Shown: positions 1 to 25,872 of the stretch, in pieces | Layout: every line of letters begins with the position of its first letter | Numbering within the stretch: the first letter of the stretch is position 1 | Assembly: GCF_009914755.1 (NCBI RefSeq) | Contig: NC_060941.1 | From: the human T2T-CHM13v2.0 reference genome, Homo sapiens | Strand: one strand, 5' to 3' | DNA length: 64,000 nt | Notes under the pieces: model-generated | The model's database searches: none | Told to the model about the DNA's origin: nothing | Seen by the model: only the letters and a program-made list of their open reading frames with translations | Program-made: the position numbers and the translations under genes

Positions 1-550
1 GTGTACCCAAGGTGTTCTGTCAGCTTTCATTTATGGGGAACCTGCTAAGACCCTGAAATGACTCCAGCTGAGTTACAGCAAGGCCACATGTCCTACCTTC
101 AGCACTCAGGGGGTTGGTTGATGCTACCTCTTAAGGCATCTTGGGACGGACAGAGAAGAATCCCTTGCCCTGTGTGCACCCTGACATTGAAAGGAGGGGT
201 GTGAGGGCAAGGCCAAGGGCTGGACTGGGAGCGGGGGTGCAGGGCGCTGTGAGGCGGTGGCACTTGATTTTTCTTTGCATTTCTAGCAGCCCTCCACCTT
301 TATCTCTAGGGTTATTCAAGGATTAAAGAAATAAATATAAAATGAGCCATGTGAAATTACCATTTTTGTAGGTCGAAAAGCCAAATATTAGCAATTTTAT
401 GTGACTCAAGCTAATACATGTAAAGGGTTTAAGAACATTGCCTGACAAACAGTAAGCACTCACTGTGTAAGCTACTGTTACCAACAGTTTCTAGCTGTTT
501 CTGTCTGTCTTTTTATACACACTGAATTGTGTTTGTAAAATAATACATAC

Positions 551-850
551 TTTTTTTTTTTTTTTTTGAGACAGAGTTTTGCTCTTGTTGCCCAGGCTGG
601 AATGCAATGGTGCGATCTCAGCTCACTGAAACCTTCGCCTCCCAGGTTCAAGTGATTCTCCTGCCTCACCCTCCTGAGTAGCTGGGATTACAGATGTGCA
701 CCACCATGCCTGGCTAATTTTTGTATTTTTAGTAGAGACGGTGTTTCGCCATATTGGCCAGGCTGGTCTCGAACTCCTGACGTCAGGTGATCTACCCACC
801 TTGGCTTCCCAAAGTGCTGGGATTACAGGCGTGCGCCACCACACTCAGCC
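551..850 (-). mobile_element. AluS
   Basis: Full dimer with poly-T. Confidence 0.95.
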
Positions 851-1037
851 TATACATGCTTCTTTTAAATAATTCAAGCAAGGAAGAAAAGTATAAAGAC
901 AACAATAAATTATCTCAAATCTTACCCATCAAGAATTATCATTAACATTAGGTGGGTTAGACAGAAATAGTTTTATAAATTGGAACCATACTGAAAAGGC
1001 TTTTTCTTAATGAAAATGGTTAAATTTTAGCTTATAG

Positions 1038-1468
<431 letters not shown>

Positions 1469-1646
1469 CAAGAAATAGTTTCTAAAAGAACACTCTCAGG
1501 CTAAGACAGGTGCTTATAGGAAACATTAAGAAGTTAGAGTTACTATGTTGCCCCACCACAGTCCAGGGTGCACCCCATTCTAATGGGGAAACATCATCAT
1601 GGGCTTTGGGTAGTTCTCCCAGTTCTGTTTAAAGTCTGGAAAACCT

Positions 1647-1682
<36 letters not shown>

Positions 1683-1957
1683 GTCACAGTTCACATCCCA
1701 TCCTTTTTTGCTCTCTACTCAGAGGCACCTTCTAGTTAGAAGGAAAAAATACGGTGGCATACTTGGCTCCCTTTCCTTTGAATTTGGAATCTCATAATTT
1801 TGTAAATGACAGGAGATCTGCCACATTGTGCTCTGTGAGTTCAGATTATTTGTCCCCCTACTCCTACCCCGTGGCTGTCACTTTCTAAAGTTAATGGGTT
1901 GGGTCTATTTCCTTTCTTGGAGGAACTGTGGTTGATAATTATAATACTCTTTTCGCT

Positions 1958-4290
<2,333 letters not shown>

Positions 4291-4298
4291 TGAGAGTT

Positions 4299-4463
4299 TT
4301 AGCCGGGCATGACGGCGGGCGCCTGTAGTCCCAGCTACTCAGGAGGCTGAGGCAGGAGAATGGCATGAACCCGGGAGGCGGAGCTTGCAGTGAGCCAAGA
4401 TCGCACCGCTGCACTACAGCCTGGGTGACAGAGCGAGACTCTGTCTCAAAAAAAAAAAAAAAA
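4299..4463 (+). mobile_element. 5'-truncated AluY (right arm)
   Basis: TSD aaaaaatgagagtttta on both sides. Confidence 0.9.
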
Positions 4464-4765
4464 GAGAGTAAAAAAAATGAGAGTTTTATTTCCTTGTTTC
4501 TAATCATTATGCTTCTAATTTATTTTCCTTATCTTATTCGACTGGTCATAACCTCAAGTGCTGGTTTTTTGTCTTTTGGGGGATGGTTTCTTTCACTATT
4601 TTTTGACCCCACCTCTGATGGGGTCTCACTCCGTCACTCAGGTTGGAGTACAATGGTGTGATCATAGCTCACTGCAGCATTGAACTTCTGGGTTGAAGTG
4701 ATGCTTCTGCCTCAGCCTCCCAAATAGCTAGGACTACAGATGTGCACATTATGAAGCCTAGCTAA

Positions 4766-5020
<255 letters not shown>

Positions 5021-5549
5021 TGATGTTTTGTCCTCCCTTCTCGTCAGTAAGATAATTTTAGATCACTTTAATTCTGATCTTCCTCCTTCTGACTTACTGT
5101 TCCTCCTTCTGACTTACTAATAAAAACTTACTTCCTTCTTCTGACTTATTGATAACTCTTATATTATCATTTTAGTAGCCATTCTAATAACCTTTTTTCA
5201 TTCATGTTTTTCTCCTCTCAACTTACTCATTTCAGTTCTTTCTTTTTTTAACCCCTAAAAATTAGACTCCTTTATTATTTTATTGAGACTATGCTTTGTC
5301 TGGACTTACCTTTATGTTACCATTCTTTTTGTTCATTTTCCCTTTTTTGCATTTCTCTTTTTTGGGGGATCATTTACCTATATCTTTAAATCCTTTATAA
5401 GTTCTTTTAGAGAAGTTCTCTTTGTAAACTTCCCCTGGGCTTGTTTCTTATAAATGTTATCATTTTCCCTATTGGTATTGAGTGATTGTTTTGCTGAATA
5501 CACAATTTTGGGTGAATAGTATTTTATTTATTTATTTATTTATTTTTGA

Positions 5550-5657
<108 letters not shown>

Positions 5658-6095
5658 TGAGTAGCTGGGATTACAGGCATCCACCACCATGTCTGGCTAA
5701 TTTTTTTAATTTTTTTTTTTATTTTTAGTAGAGATGGGGTTTCACCATGTTGGCCAGGCTGGTCTTGAACTCCCGACCTCAAATGATCTGCTCGCCTTGG
5801 CCTCCTGAAGTGCTGGGATTACAGGCATGAGCCACTGCACCCAGCCTTTTCTTATCATTTTATATGAGTAATTCCACTGTCTTCTGGCTTCATTGTTGTG
5901 AGATCTGCTGCTATTCTAATTATCATTCTTTGTTAGGTCTTCTGTGTTTTTTCTCTGCTTTCCAGATCTTCTATTTATATTCATGCCCTAAAGATTCACT
6001 ACGATGTGAGAAGGCATGATTTTATTTTTCCTTATCCTATTTGGGATACATTGTGTTTCATGGATCTTTGCATTCATCATTTTCATGAGCTCTGA

Positions 6096-6347
<252 letters not shown>

Positions 6348-6861
6348 TAAAAGAAATTTTTTTTGTGTGTGTGGAGACAGGGTCTCGCTATGTTGCCTAG
6401 GTTGGTCTTAAACTCTGGGCTCAAGCGATCTTCCCACTTTGGTTTCCCAAAGTGCTGGGATTACAGGTGTGAACCATGTTTATCCTTATAATTGCATTAT
6501 TTGTTTTTGTAAACATTCTATACCTAGCTATTCTGTATTTTCAACATCTGCTGTCCTTGTAGGGGGTGATGATAGGGTTGTTGTCTAAATCTGTTGTTTC
6601 TTCTGATTCTCAATGATAGTGGGTTTGCCTTCTTCCTTGCTTGGTGGTCTTCTTTCTTTGTTTATTAAATTTTGCTAAAGAAAATCTTCAAGGAGTCTTT
6701 AGGCAATAACACTTCTGAGTATTTAACATGTCTTTATTTTACTTACACATGTGAGTGATAGCTTGACCCAGTATAAAAGTCTAGGTTGAAATCATTTTCT
6801 CTCAGAATTTTTTTTCTTAAAGACCAGTATGATAGTACTCTCAGATTTTTTTTTTTCCTGA

Positions 6862-7191
<330 letters not shown>

Positions 7192-8668
7192 TAGTATTGC
7201 TCTTAAGAAGTCTGATGCCATTTTGATTCATGATCCTTTTTGGTAGGTTTTTAGATCCTCTCTTGCTTCCCAGTGTTTTAAACATTCTGTATTATATACC
7301 TTGGTCTGAAGCCCTTTTTCATTTGCTATTCTGGCGCACCCAATGAGAACTATCAACCCAGAAACGCTGTTCTTCATTCTTAGAAAGTGTCTCTTCCTTG
7401 CCGGTTCAGTGGCTCATGCCTGTAATCCCAGCACTTTGGGAGGCTGAGGCGAGCAGATCACTTGAGGTCAGGAGTTCAAGACCAGCCTGGCCAACGTGGC
7501 AAAACTCTGTCTCTACAAAAGTACAAAAATTAGCCGGGCGTGGTGATGCATGCCTGTAATCCCAGTCACTCAGGAGGCTGAGGCAGGAGAATCGCTTGAA
7601 CCCAGGAGGCGGAAGTTCCAGTGAGCCAAGATTGCACCATTGCACTCCAGCCTGGGCGAATGAGTGAGACACTGTCTCAAAAAGAAAGAAAGTTTCTCTT
7701 CCTTTTTAAAAAACATTTTTCATATTCTTAATTTTTTTTTTTTTTTTTTTTTTTTTTTAGAGATGAAGTCTCACTATGTTGGTCAGGTTGGTCTTGAACT
7801 CCTGGCCAAAAAATTCTTCAAGCAAGAGCATACTTCCTCCCAGAGAGCTGGTTTACTACCACACCACTGGGAGCTGATTTATTAGGCTGGGGCCCCCACA
7901 ATGTTAGTGTGTAGAGATATGAGTTCTCCTAAAGAGACTTTTCCAAATTTCTTACCAGCTGACTGGAGAATATTGTAGGAGTGAAATATGAGAAGAGAAA
8001 CCGAGGGGCTAATTTTTTTCTTTTGCAAGCTTTCACTTACATTTTCTTCTTCCAGCTTTGCCTCACCCTTCCTAGACACTGTCTTTGGTATCCCCAAGTC
8101 CCATGTCTTTTTCTTTCATTTTCTTTAGAATGACACTCTATACTTCTAGGTGGTAGTGGTAGTGAAATAGTTATTTTGTTGCTCAGGGCGGGAAGCAGTC
8201 ATGGGCATCTTGATACATCTGATTTCAGACTTTTAGCCAATCCACCAATTGTCAGTACCATGCCTCAATCCCAGCTTCCACTGTGCCAAGTTCTGAGCCT
8301 CTTAAGCATTCTTTCGGGCTAAATCAGTTCACTCATTGTTAATCCTGTTTGTAGACACTGTGGGCTATAGCTCCATGTTGCTTAATCATGCACTACTCCT
8401 CTGTCTGCTTTCTAGTTTCCAAAAACTTGTTGAAATGTATTGTCTGGTTCCTTTTCCTCTGCTGTTCTCTTTGTTCCTGTGGTTTCATACATTTGAAAAA
8501 TTCCTATATTATCATTTTAGTAACCAATATACAATTTTTTTTTTTTGAGACAGAGTCTCGCTCTGTCGCCCAGACTAGAGTGCAGTGGTGCAATCTCGGC
8601 TCACTGCAGCCTCTGCCTCCTGAATTCAAGCGATTCTCCTGCCTCAGCCTCCTGAGTAGTTGGGATTA

Positions 8669-8845
<177 letters not shown>

Positions 8846-9065
8846 CTAAACACTCTTCATCAATTTTGAATGGAACTTGGTACATTTTTTCAGCCTTCAT
8901 GGATTGGCCTTCTTCTTTCTCTACCCCACACCCCCAAATTTCAGACAAGTTTTCTTCTATTTTGTCTCCGATTACCTCCTATCCAGCTAGTATTTATTTT
9001 TCAGAGACATTCATTACTCTTCGACTAGATCTCAACCCTCTGTTTCTCTCCATTTTCTTTCTTTC

Positions 9066-9679
<614 letters not shown>

Positions 9680-9961
9680 TTTGTTTCTCTTCCTATTACT
9701 TTGTTTTCATTTTTTGACTTTATATTCTGTCCTCTGGGAGAGATTTCCAAAGTTATCTTAGTAGTGGCATATTAACTTGGGGATGGCTGAAGATTAATTT
9801 CTAAGGAGAGAGTGATCCAGAAGGATAAATATCTGTACTTATGATTTACATGAATGCCTTTCTGAGTGTCTGTGGTTACAGCTATCTCTTAATATGCCAT
9901 ATTTTGTAAGAGTTTATATGGCAAGAGTTATAAACAGCTGGGTATAAAAGTAACTGTTGGG

Positions 9962-10019
9962 GGCTGGTCTGATGGTATTGGGTTATCAGGACTTATTAGC
10001 ATTAGTGTCACTAAAGTTG
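9962..10019 (+). pseudogene. 3'-truncated Y4 RNA (RNY4) retropseudogene
   Basis: ggctggtctgatggtattgggttatcaggacttattagcattagtgtcactaaagttg matches the 5' 58 nt of hY4 with about 4 mismatches. Confidence 0.9.
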
Positions 10020-10221
10020 AGAGACAGAGTGAGACTCTCTCAGTCAGACAAACAGAAAAAATCCCAGCCTGCCTAAGCTACTTATACCTAGATTACCACT
10101 GGTTTTTCCAGATAGGGAAAAGGGATGCAGGAACTGCTTCAGAAAACATCTGAAAAAACACAACTGACTGTGGTCATATCCTAATATAACAAGTATTCTT
10201 CTGTGATGTAAGAGAAATTGT

Positions 10222-10547
<326 letters not shown>

Positions 10548-11589
10548 TCATGTTCAGCCACACACAATATCAAAATGGCCTTTCACCTCACTGATTTGGT
10601 TTTTCCCCCAGTTCAAGTGTGCTCTTTAGAGTCTTCATTGAAAGTTTAAGCTCTGCCATTGGATTTTAGTTTTGTTTTCAATTTTGTCTTATCTCATCTA
10701 TTTTTCCTTCATCCTGGCCTTTTATCTTTGTATCTCAGTTTTCTCCTAATAGATTTATTTTATTTCATTTAATATGCTGAATAGTTACCTGAAATTTTTT
10801 GGGTGGGTCTTAAACATGTCAATATAATTGAAGAGGTAACTGACTATGTGGGATTACCAGCTATATATCAGTTCAAAAAATAGTCCAACTGTAACCTTTT
10901 TTGGGCAAAATAATAGATATTATATGGCATACTCCTCCTTTCTGAAAACTTCACCCACACCCTCCTCCCTCCAGGGGTAAGGCTCGGAAGGCCATGTTTA
11001 TATGACGTGACCCTGCCCCACCTCATCCGCATCATAACTGATTGAAAGTGCATTGATACATGAAATAATTGAGGCTGAGAGTCATTAGTTACTTTGGGGT
11101 GGTGCTTGAGTTTCGGTTGTCTGCACTGCATTGCAACAGGTCAGCCAAGTATATGAAGAGGCAGAGAATACGGTTCGTGGAGTTGGAGTAGAAGAAGATA
11201 TGCAAGGAGACAGAGGAATAAAATTTAAGAACAGATTGAGTGATAGCAAGATGAGAGTAAGGGTGAAAGAGAATTTCCTGGTTCCAGTTCCCTTTAAAGT
11301 TCTACTTAACTTCCTCTCTTTGTCCCTTGAGTCACTTCCATGTGGTGATAACAATTTTCCTTTAGTTTGGAGTGGGAGTCTGGAACTACTAAGAGAACCT
11401 CAATTAAGACATCCCTTCCCAGTCATAATAAGCAAATCACATCATTGTGAGTAAGAGGATGAAGATGCTGCACAGTCTGTTCCTATAGTGGGAGGACATG
11501 GATCCAGCTCATCCCAAACTAATATCACACTGTTAAGAAACAAAACGAAAAGCTGTGGGGGTGGAGAGACAGAGATCACATCCTCATTT

Positions 11590-12080
11590 TATCCCTGTGT
11601 AAATTATTTTCTGACCTATCAAAGGTTGACCCTGCCATTCCTAGGTCTTGCTGAAGTATTGGTGTAGGTTCCACATGAGTAGCAAAAGCTCACAAAGCTC
11701 TGCCTATAGCCCATTTCCAATTGTGGAGTTCAAAGTGGGAGGGAACAATTGAAGCTTCTGGCCGGGTGTGAGGACCACAATCATAGTCTGAAGTGGAGGG
11801 TCATAGCCAAGCCCTGTTTGCTTCTCATGTTCAATACTAGGATTTCAGATCAGTGAAGAAGCAGTGGGCATATATTTTAGATGGATGCTTTGACTTTGGA
11901 GTAACAGTGGACCGTCTTTTAAAAAGGGAGATGTCTAAATGGATTCACCTAGATGGGAACCAAGCCTGTGAGGCCGACAGTAGCTGGCAGAGAGCCGACA
12001 ACACTCTCCAAGGAGGCCCTTGAACATCACCAGGGCCACAGAGTCTCTCCTGGGTGCTGTACTCAGTGACAACTTCATTC
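11590..12080 (-). pseudogene. Degraded TLR-like ectodomain fragment (late LRRs and LRR-CT), TLR13/21/22-type
   Basis: Minus-strand translation: LVMFKGLL, then SPFLKDGPLLLQSQSIHLKYMP (11931-11866), frameshift to CFFTDLKS* (~11863-11837), later RSFNCS and WQGQPLI. Confidence 0.55.
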
Positions 12081-12631
12081 TTTTGAAACTTATGATAAAA
12101 AATTTTGAGCATACAAAACATTCACTAGATTTAACAATTATTAACATTTTGCCATATTGCTTTGTCTATTTTTTCAGGCATTCTAAACTAAGTTGTTAAT
12201 ATCATGATATTTCACTGCCAAATATTTCAATCTGCATCTCTTAAAAGCAAGAGCATTTTTGTTACATAACCACAATGCCACTATCATGCCTAACAAAATC
12301 AAAAATAATTTCTAGTATGTTCTTTTATTGAGTCCTTATCCATATTTACCTCACTGTACCCTAAATGTCTTCCACAACTGATTTGTTTGCCCAGATTCCA
12401 AACAAAGTCTATATCTGATATTTCATTGTTATTCCCCTTCTTTTAATAGGGAATAGTCCTTCTACCTCTCCTTTTTCTTAAATGCTGTTGACTTTTTAAG
12501 TAGCCAAATCAGCTGTTCTGTAGAGAAGTATCCCATTTTCTGGATCTGGCTGATTGCTTTCTCATGATGTCATTTAATTTGTCTATACTCTTTATTTCAT
12601 ACAAATTTACATATATATCTATATACACACT

Positions 12632-13101
12632 CAGTGGGCCCTTGAACCCTCATGTAGTTGAAAATCTGCATAAACTTTTGACTGCCCAAAAACTTATCTA
12701 CTGTTGATTGGAAACCTTACCAATAACATAAACAGTTGATTAACAGATATTTTGTATATTATATGTATTATATACTATATTCTTACAATGAAGTAAACTG
12801 GAGAAAAGAAAATGTCCTTAAGGAAACCATAAGGAAGGGGAAATATATTTATTATTCATTAAGTGAAAGTGGATCATCAAAAAGGTCTTCAACCTCATCA
12901 TCTTCCTGTTGAGTAGGCTGGGGAGATGGAGGAAGAGGAGGGGTTGGTCTTGCTGTCTCAGGGGTGGCAGAGGTGGAAGAGTTGGAGGAGGTGGAAGGGG
13001 AGGCAGGAAAGGCTGGGACACTTGGTATAATTTTTATTGGAAAAGATCTGTGCATGAGTGGACTCATGCAGTTGAAACCCATGTTGTTTGAGGGTCTAAT
13101 G
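12632..13101. mobile_element. Tigger2a-like non-autonomous DNA transposon
   Basis: Degenerate TIRs cagtgggcccttgaa ... tttgagggtctaatg; internal Tigger2 sequence. Confidence 0.85.
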
Positions 13102-13448
13102 TTCAGTTACATTAAAATGCACAGTCTGCCTTGTTGTCCAGCTAGAACTTTCTGACCAACTTGATAGTAAGAGGGATTGTTAACAAAATTCAGACAGAGA
13201 CTCATGTCATATCTTCAAAGATTGGGACACTTGACTAATAAATAATCTCTGCTTGTCCCCACAGGTGAGCCACCTACATACCCTAAGTCTAAAAGTCTCC
13301 AAGGAAAAAAGTACAAATATTTCTTATTTGAGCTTCTATATTTTGAGGTCCGTTTGTTACAGCAGCTTAACCTGTCTTCTTTCCCACAAAGTTGTCAAGG
13401 AAAATATCTACATTAGAGATAATGGATAGTCATTATCCTATCAACAAC

Positions 13449-13493
13449 AAATGGTGTTACTAGAGGTGTCATTATCCTCTAGTAACACCATTT
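13449..13493. repeat. Perfect 18-bp inverted repeat with 9-nt loop
   Basis: aaatggtgttactagagg-tgtcattat-cctctagtaacaccattt. Confidence 0.95.
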
Positions 13494-14159
13494 ATTGGTT
13501 AGTCCATTAATTACCCATTTATTTACAATGCCATCATTATTATATTTTGAATTCCAAGGTATACATAGGTATGAGTCTGTATTTTTTCCTTTTATTCATT
13601 TGTCTGTTACTATGCCAATTATACACTTTTTAAATGACACAGTTTACTTTGAGATAATTGTAGATTCACAAAAAGTTGTAAGAAATAATACAGAGGCTGG
13701 GCACAGTGGCTCATGCCTGTAATCCCAGCACTTTGAGAGGCAAGGTAAGAGACTCTGTCTCTACTAAAAGTACAAAAGTTAGCTGGGCATGGTGGTGCAC
13801 ACCTGTAGTTTCAGCTACTCAGGAGGCTAAGGCAGGAGCATCGCTTGGACCTGGAAGGTGGAGGTTTCAATGAGCCAATATTGCGCCACTGCACTCCAGC
13901 CTGGACGACAGACAGAGACTCCATCTCAACAACAACATCAATGAAAAAAATTTTTTTTAAGAAATAATACAGAAATCCCATGTACCCTTTATCCAGTTTT
14001 CCCAGTGGTAACACTTACAAAACTATAATATTACAACATAGGTACCAACATTAATGCAGTCAAGATACAAAACATTTCCATCACCACAAGGATCCTATTG
14101 CCCATTTATAATGACACCCATTTCCCTCCAGATCTCACCCCCTCTTTGATGCTTGTAGG

Positions 14160-20700
<6,541 letters not shown>

Positions 20701-21077
20701 TATGATACTCTTGATCTTATTTAAACCTTCTATTTTAGCTGGCTTTCTTTGATGCTACCAAGGCAAGAAAAGGGGTGCCTTCACCTCTTTACTGCCAGAC
20801 AGGGGTAGAAGGCAAGGCCCTCCACATCATTTTTATTGACACTGCGGGGAGAACTACCCTCACTGGAGATGAAAGTCCTTACTCCTTACTCTGCCTTCCC
20901 TTGACACTGCTCCACTGGGTGGATGAATGGGGGAAGGGAGGGTCAATTTCCTCACTACAGCCTTGCAAAGATGGAAGTCTAGACTCCTCACTTGGTCTTT
21001 GCTGGCATGTTTGGGAGTTGAGCCATAGTTTTTTTTCTGTAATATTTAGCTACAGTAGAATGGCTATTGTCTAAAAG

Positions 21078-21570
21078 AGTGGTCCCCAAACTTTTTGACA
21101 CCAGGGACTTGTTTCGTTGAAGACAATTTGTCCACAGACCTGGGGCAGAGAATGGTTTCAAGATGATCCAAGCAAATTACGTTTATTGTATACTTTATTT
21201 TTATTATTATTACATTGTAATATATAATGAAATAATTATGGACCTCACTGTTATGTAGAATCAGTGGGAGCCCTGAGCTTGTTTTTCTGCAACTAGACTG
21301 TCCCCTCTGGGAGTGATGGGAGGCAGTGGCAGATCATCAGGCATTAGATTCTCATAAGTAGCATGCAACCTAGATCCCTCGCGTATGTAGGTCGCTCTTA
21401 TGAGAATCTAATGCCACTGCTGATCTGACAGGAGGCGGAGCTCAGGAGGTGCATCAACAAGTGATGGGGAGTAGCTGTAAATACAAATGAAGTTTTGCTG
21501 GCTTGCCCACTGCTCACCTCCTGCTGTGTGGCCTGATTCCTAACAGGCCACGGACCCGGAGTTGGGAATT
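21078..21570. mobile_element. MER1A (hAT-Charlie)
   Basis: ggtccccaaactttttgacaccaggga start and characteristic internal sequence. Confidence 0.85.
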
Positions 21571-21691
21571 TGATGTAGGCCAGGCACAGTGGCTCACGCC
21601 TGTAATCCCAGCACTTTGGGAGGCCAAGGCGGGTGGATCATGAGGTCAAGAGATTGAGACCATTCTGGCCCACATGGTGAAACCCCGTCTA

Positions 21692-21984
<293 letters not shown>

Positions 21985-22639
21985 TTATAGATTAATTGGA
22001 GGAGTGTATATTTTTTTTTGAGGTGGAGTCTTGTTCTGCCACTCGGGCTGGAATGCAGTGGCACGATCTTGGCTTACTGCAACCTCCGCCTCCCAGCTCA
22101 AGCAATTCTCCTGCCTCAGCCTCCCAAGTAGCTGGGATTACAGACGTCCAGCACCATGCTCAGCTAGTTTTTGTATTTCTAGTAAAGACGGGGTTTCACC
22201 ACATTGCCCAGGCTAGTCTTGAACTCCTGACCTCAGGTGATCCGCCCACCTTGGCCTCACAAAGTGCTGGGATTACAGGCGTGAGCCACTGTGCCAGGCC
22301 TTGGAGGAGTATATCTACTGCATTAGAATATTGAGTCATTCCATTTAATACCAACGACTCTTTATATTTATTACTCCTGTATTTTATGTCCAACTTTGAA
22401 AAGTCATAGTTTTTTTAAATTTCTTGTTAGATAGATTCTTATATCATCACAGGTTTTTTTTTTTTTAAATTGGAAGTGGGATATTATTAACTAGCTATTT
22501 CTAATCAGTAATTGTCAATGTCTACAGAGTCATTAGTTTCTGTATATTCATCTTATATCTGGCCACTTTACTATGTCTTTTCATTAATTCTTCCAGTCGC
22601 TTTTTTCCCCCCTACTAAGCATCCTCTTCCCCCACATTT

Positions 22640-23450
22640 CTGGTAACAGCTGCAGGAGTGCATATACAATACAGTACAAGTCAATCATAGCGTCCCATGC
22701 TCCTGGATGAAAGGTTGGCGCATGACCCAAGACAAACCAATCAAAACCCTTCTTGGGATTTTTATGGCTGCAGTTGATATAAAAAAAAAAAGGCTTATTT
22801 TTTCCCCTAGTTATGGTGTTCAGGTACCATCCTGGATGCCACTGGTAGCCAGCGTCCTCTAATTGCATGGAGAAACCCATTCTCATTTAGGAGACAATGA
22901 GGTTGAAACACAAAGTGGGAAACCAAGATAATAGAGAGAGAGATAAACTAGCAGTATTTGGTCCTTGTTCCCAATATATTCCTGCCTTTCCCATCTCATG
23001 ACACAGTAAGTCCCCTTTTGTTTAAATTGAGTGGGTTGTTTATTTGCAACTAAAAGAATCTTGACCATACAGAACTGGTACCAGAAGTTGGGTGATGTAA
23101 GCAATTTGAAAAGTGAACCTGGACAAGTAGTGTGGAATGCAATGAAAACTCCCTCTTTCCATCCTGGGAAGGTAGCTATTCTCATGGTAGTGGATCAGCT
23201 GGGTTAACCATTTCCTGTTGTACCTTGGGAGTCAGATTATGTGGCCAAAAGTGCCGAAATTATTGGTGGACTTGATGGAAAATGTTAGATATTGAACATA
23301 ATTTACTTCCTGTGGTCTTCAATATAGTGCTACAAGATAATAAAAATCTTTCTTTTAAGCTGGACCATCCAAGGAGGTTGGATAATTAGCTTTGTTAAGA
23401 AAGATTCAATCTATCTGTGGCCAATGATCTAATACCACCAAGAGACAATT
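22640..23450 (+). mobile_element. LTR16/LTR33-like ERVL LTR plus start of internal region
   Basis: catgacccaa..ccaatca motif; LTR end ttgcaactaaaagaatcttgaccataca followed by gaactggtaccagaag. Confidence 0.6.
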
Positions 23451-24366
23451 GTGTGCTGTGCGTAACTGCAAAAGCTGAATTTTCTTCTCTATGCTCAAGT
23501 TAGGAGTCATCAGAGGAAATGATCTATTATACCCATAGTCTATTTTTTGTTTTGTTTTTATTTATTTTTTGTTTTATATCTCTTTGTTCTACATGCACAG
23601 TGTCGAATAAACTGCCTTGCAGTCCCAGCAGCCCTCCCCTTATTGGAGTCTCAGCAGCTCCTGGGGCTATAGACTCATTTGATACCAGCAAGAAAGAGCA
23701 AGTCCATTTCACAGTGTTCCCAGCAAAAGTCCTGTGATTCACTCCGGGCCGTTGTAGATCAAGTGCCCATCCCTGAGCAATCATTTTGACTGGGAGATGG
23801 GAATATATTGAGTGGCACATCCTAGATTTGGGAGTGGAAACAATCCCAGATTAAATATCCTGTCTGAGAATGGGACTGGGGAGATGGTTCCCCAAAGGAA
23901 ATTCAAGGTCTCAATCCCAGACGGATGCTGGGAAGTGAACCCCAGATGTTCTAAGAAAGAACCTGAACCTAAGGCCTAGATGGCATCGTCAGAGCCTCCA
24001 GGCCTATTTCTAGGAGACAGGCACCACCATAGGCAGGTTCAGAGTCAAATTTCATAACTGGGCAAAATTGTTAGCATTGGTTCCTTGAACATGGTATCCC
24101 CAGGAATTGAAATGGCAGACAGTCAGCTAGGATTTAAGGGAGTTGTGTCACTAGAGAAATCCCAGGCCTGGCAAATAGGGGCCTCCGATGGCTCAGCCCT
24201 GAGGTCATTCCCACTCTATGCCAGCAGGAAGTGGGGTACTTGAGGACTTGAAACTCCTCCTAGGTCTGGCCATGGAGGGCAAAGGACGAGGTAAATTTAG
24301 GCAGTGGCCACAATCAAGGCAATCTGATCTGCTAAGAAACAACTGATTTCACTGCCAGGGAAGTGA

Positions 24367-24678
<312 letters not shown>

Positions 24679-25421
24679 TAGTAGAGACGGGGTTTTGCCA
24701 TGTTGCCCAGGCTGGTTTTGAACTCCTGGCCTCAAGTGATCCACCAACCTCGTACTCCCAAAGTGCTGGGATTACAGGCATGAACCACTGTGCCCGGCCT
24801 TAAGTGCTCATTTTTATAAAACAAAACAACATAGAAAGTTACAAAGTGAAACCTGAGTCTGTCCCCAGACCCTCCCTCTTTAGGTCCACTCTGACTCTCT
24901 AGAGAGTAACACCTTTAAGAATTAGGTGTGAATCTTCCAGTGCTTTCCCTGTATACATACAAATACAAGTATACATCTAAACCATAGAAGAGAGTAAAAT
25001 TGAAAAAGTCTCCCTCTATCAATTCTGAGGCCCATTCCCAGAAGTAATTATTTTTAACTATTTCTCTTTTTGGCTTTCCTGATAGTACTTCCATGATGCT
25101 AGAAAATATGCTTCTATCTCTGTGCTTAATCCATCAAGTTTAAACAGTAGCTTCTGACTCCATGTAATGAAAGGTGATGAATTTAGCTTGCTTTCTCTGC
25201 TTCCTTCTTTCAGTCCCTGCCAGTCACATATTTATTTACTTCTTCTTCTATTATTTACTTTTAGAAATTTAAATAATATATTTCAACATCTATTTCCTGA
25301 CTTCTTGTTGGATCATTGCCTGTACAAAAATGATTTTGTTTTATTCTCATACTTGATTGATAGTTTGGCTGGGTATAATTTCCTCTCAATATCAGTTAGG
25401 ATTAAGGTTAGCTATAAATAA

Positions 25422-25872
<451 letters not shown>

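Noticed and set aside
1490-1955. Unique stretch examined as a possible missing TIR for the 11.6-12.1 kb fragment
   Set aside because: No convincing TIR motifs found by eye.
12818-13155. Proline/acidic-rich ORFs
   Set aside because: Internal sequence of a Tigger2-type element.
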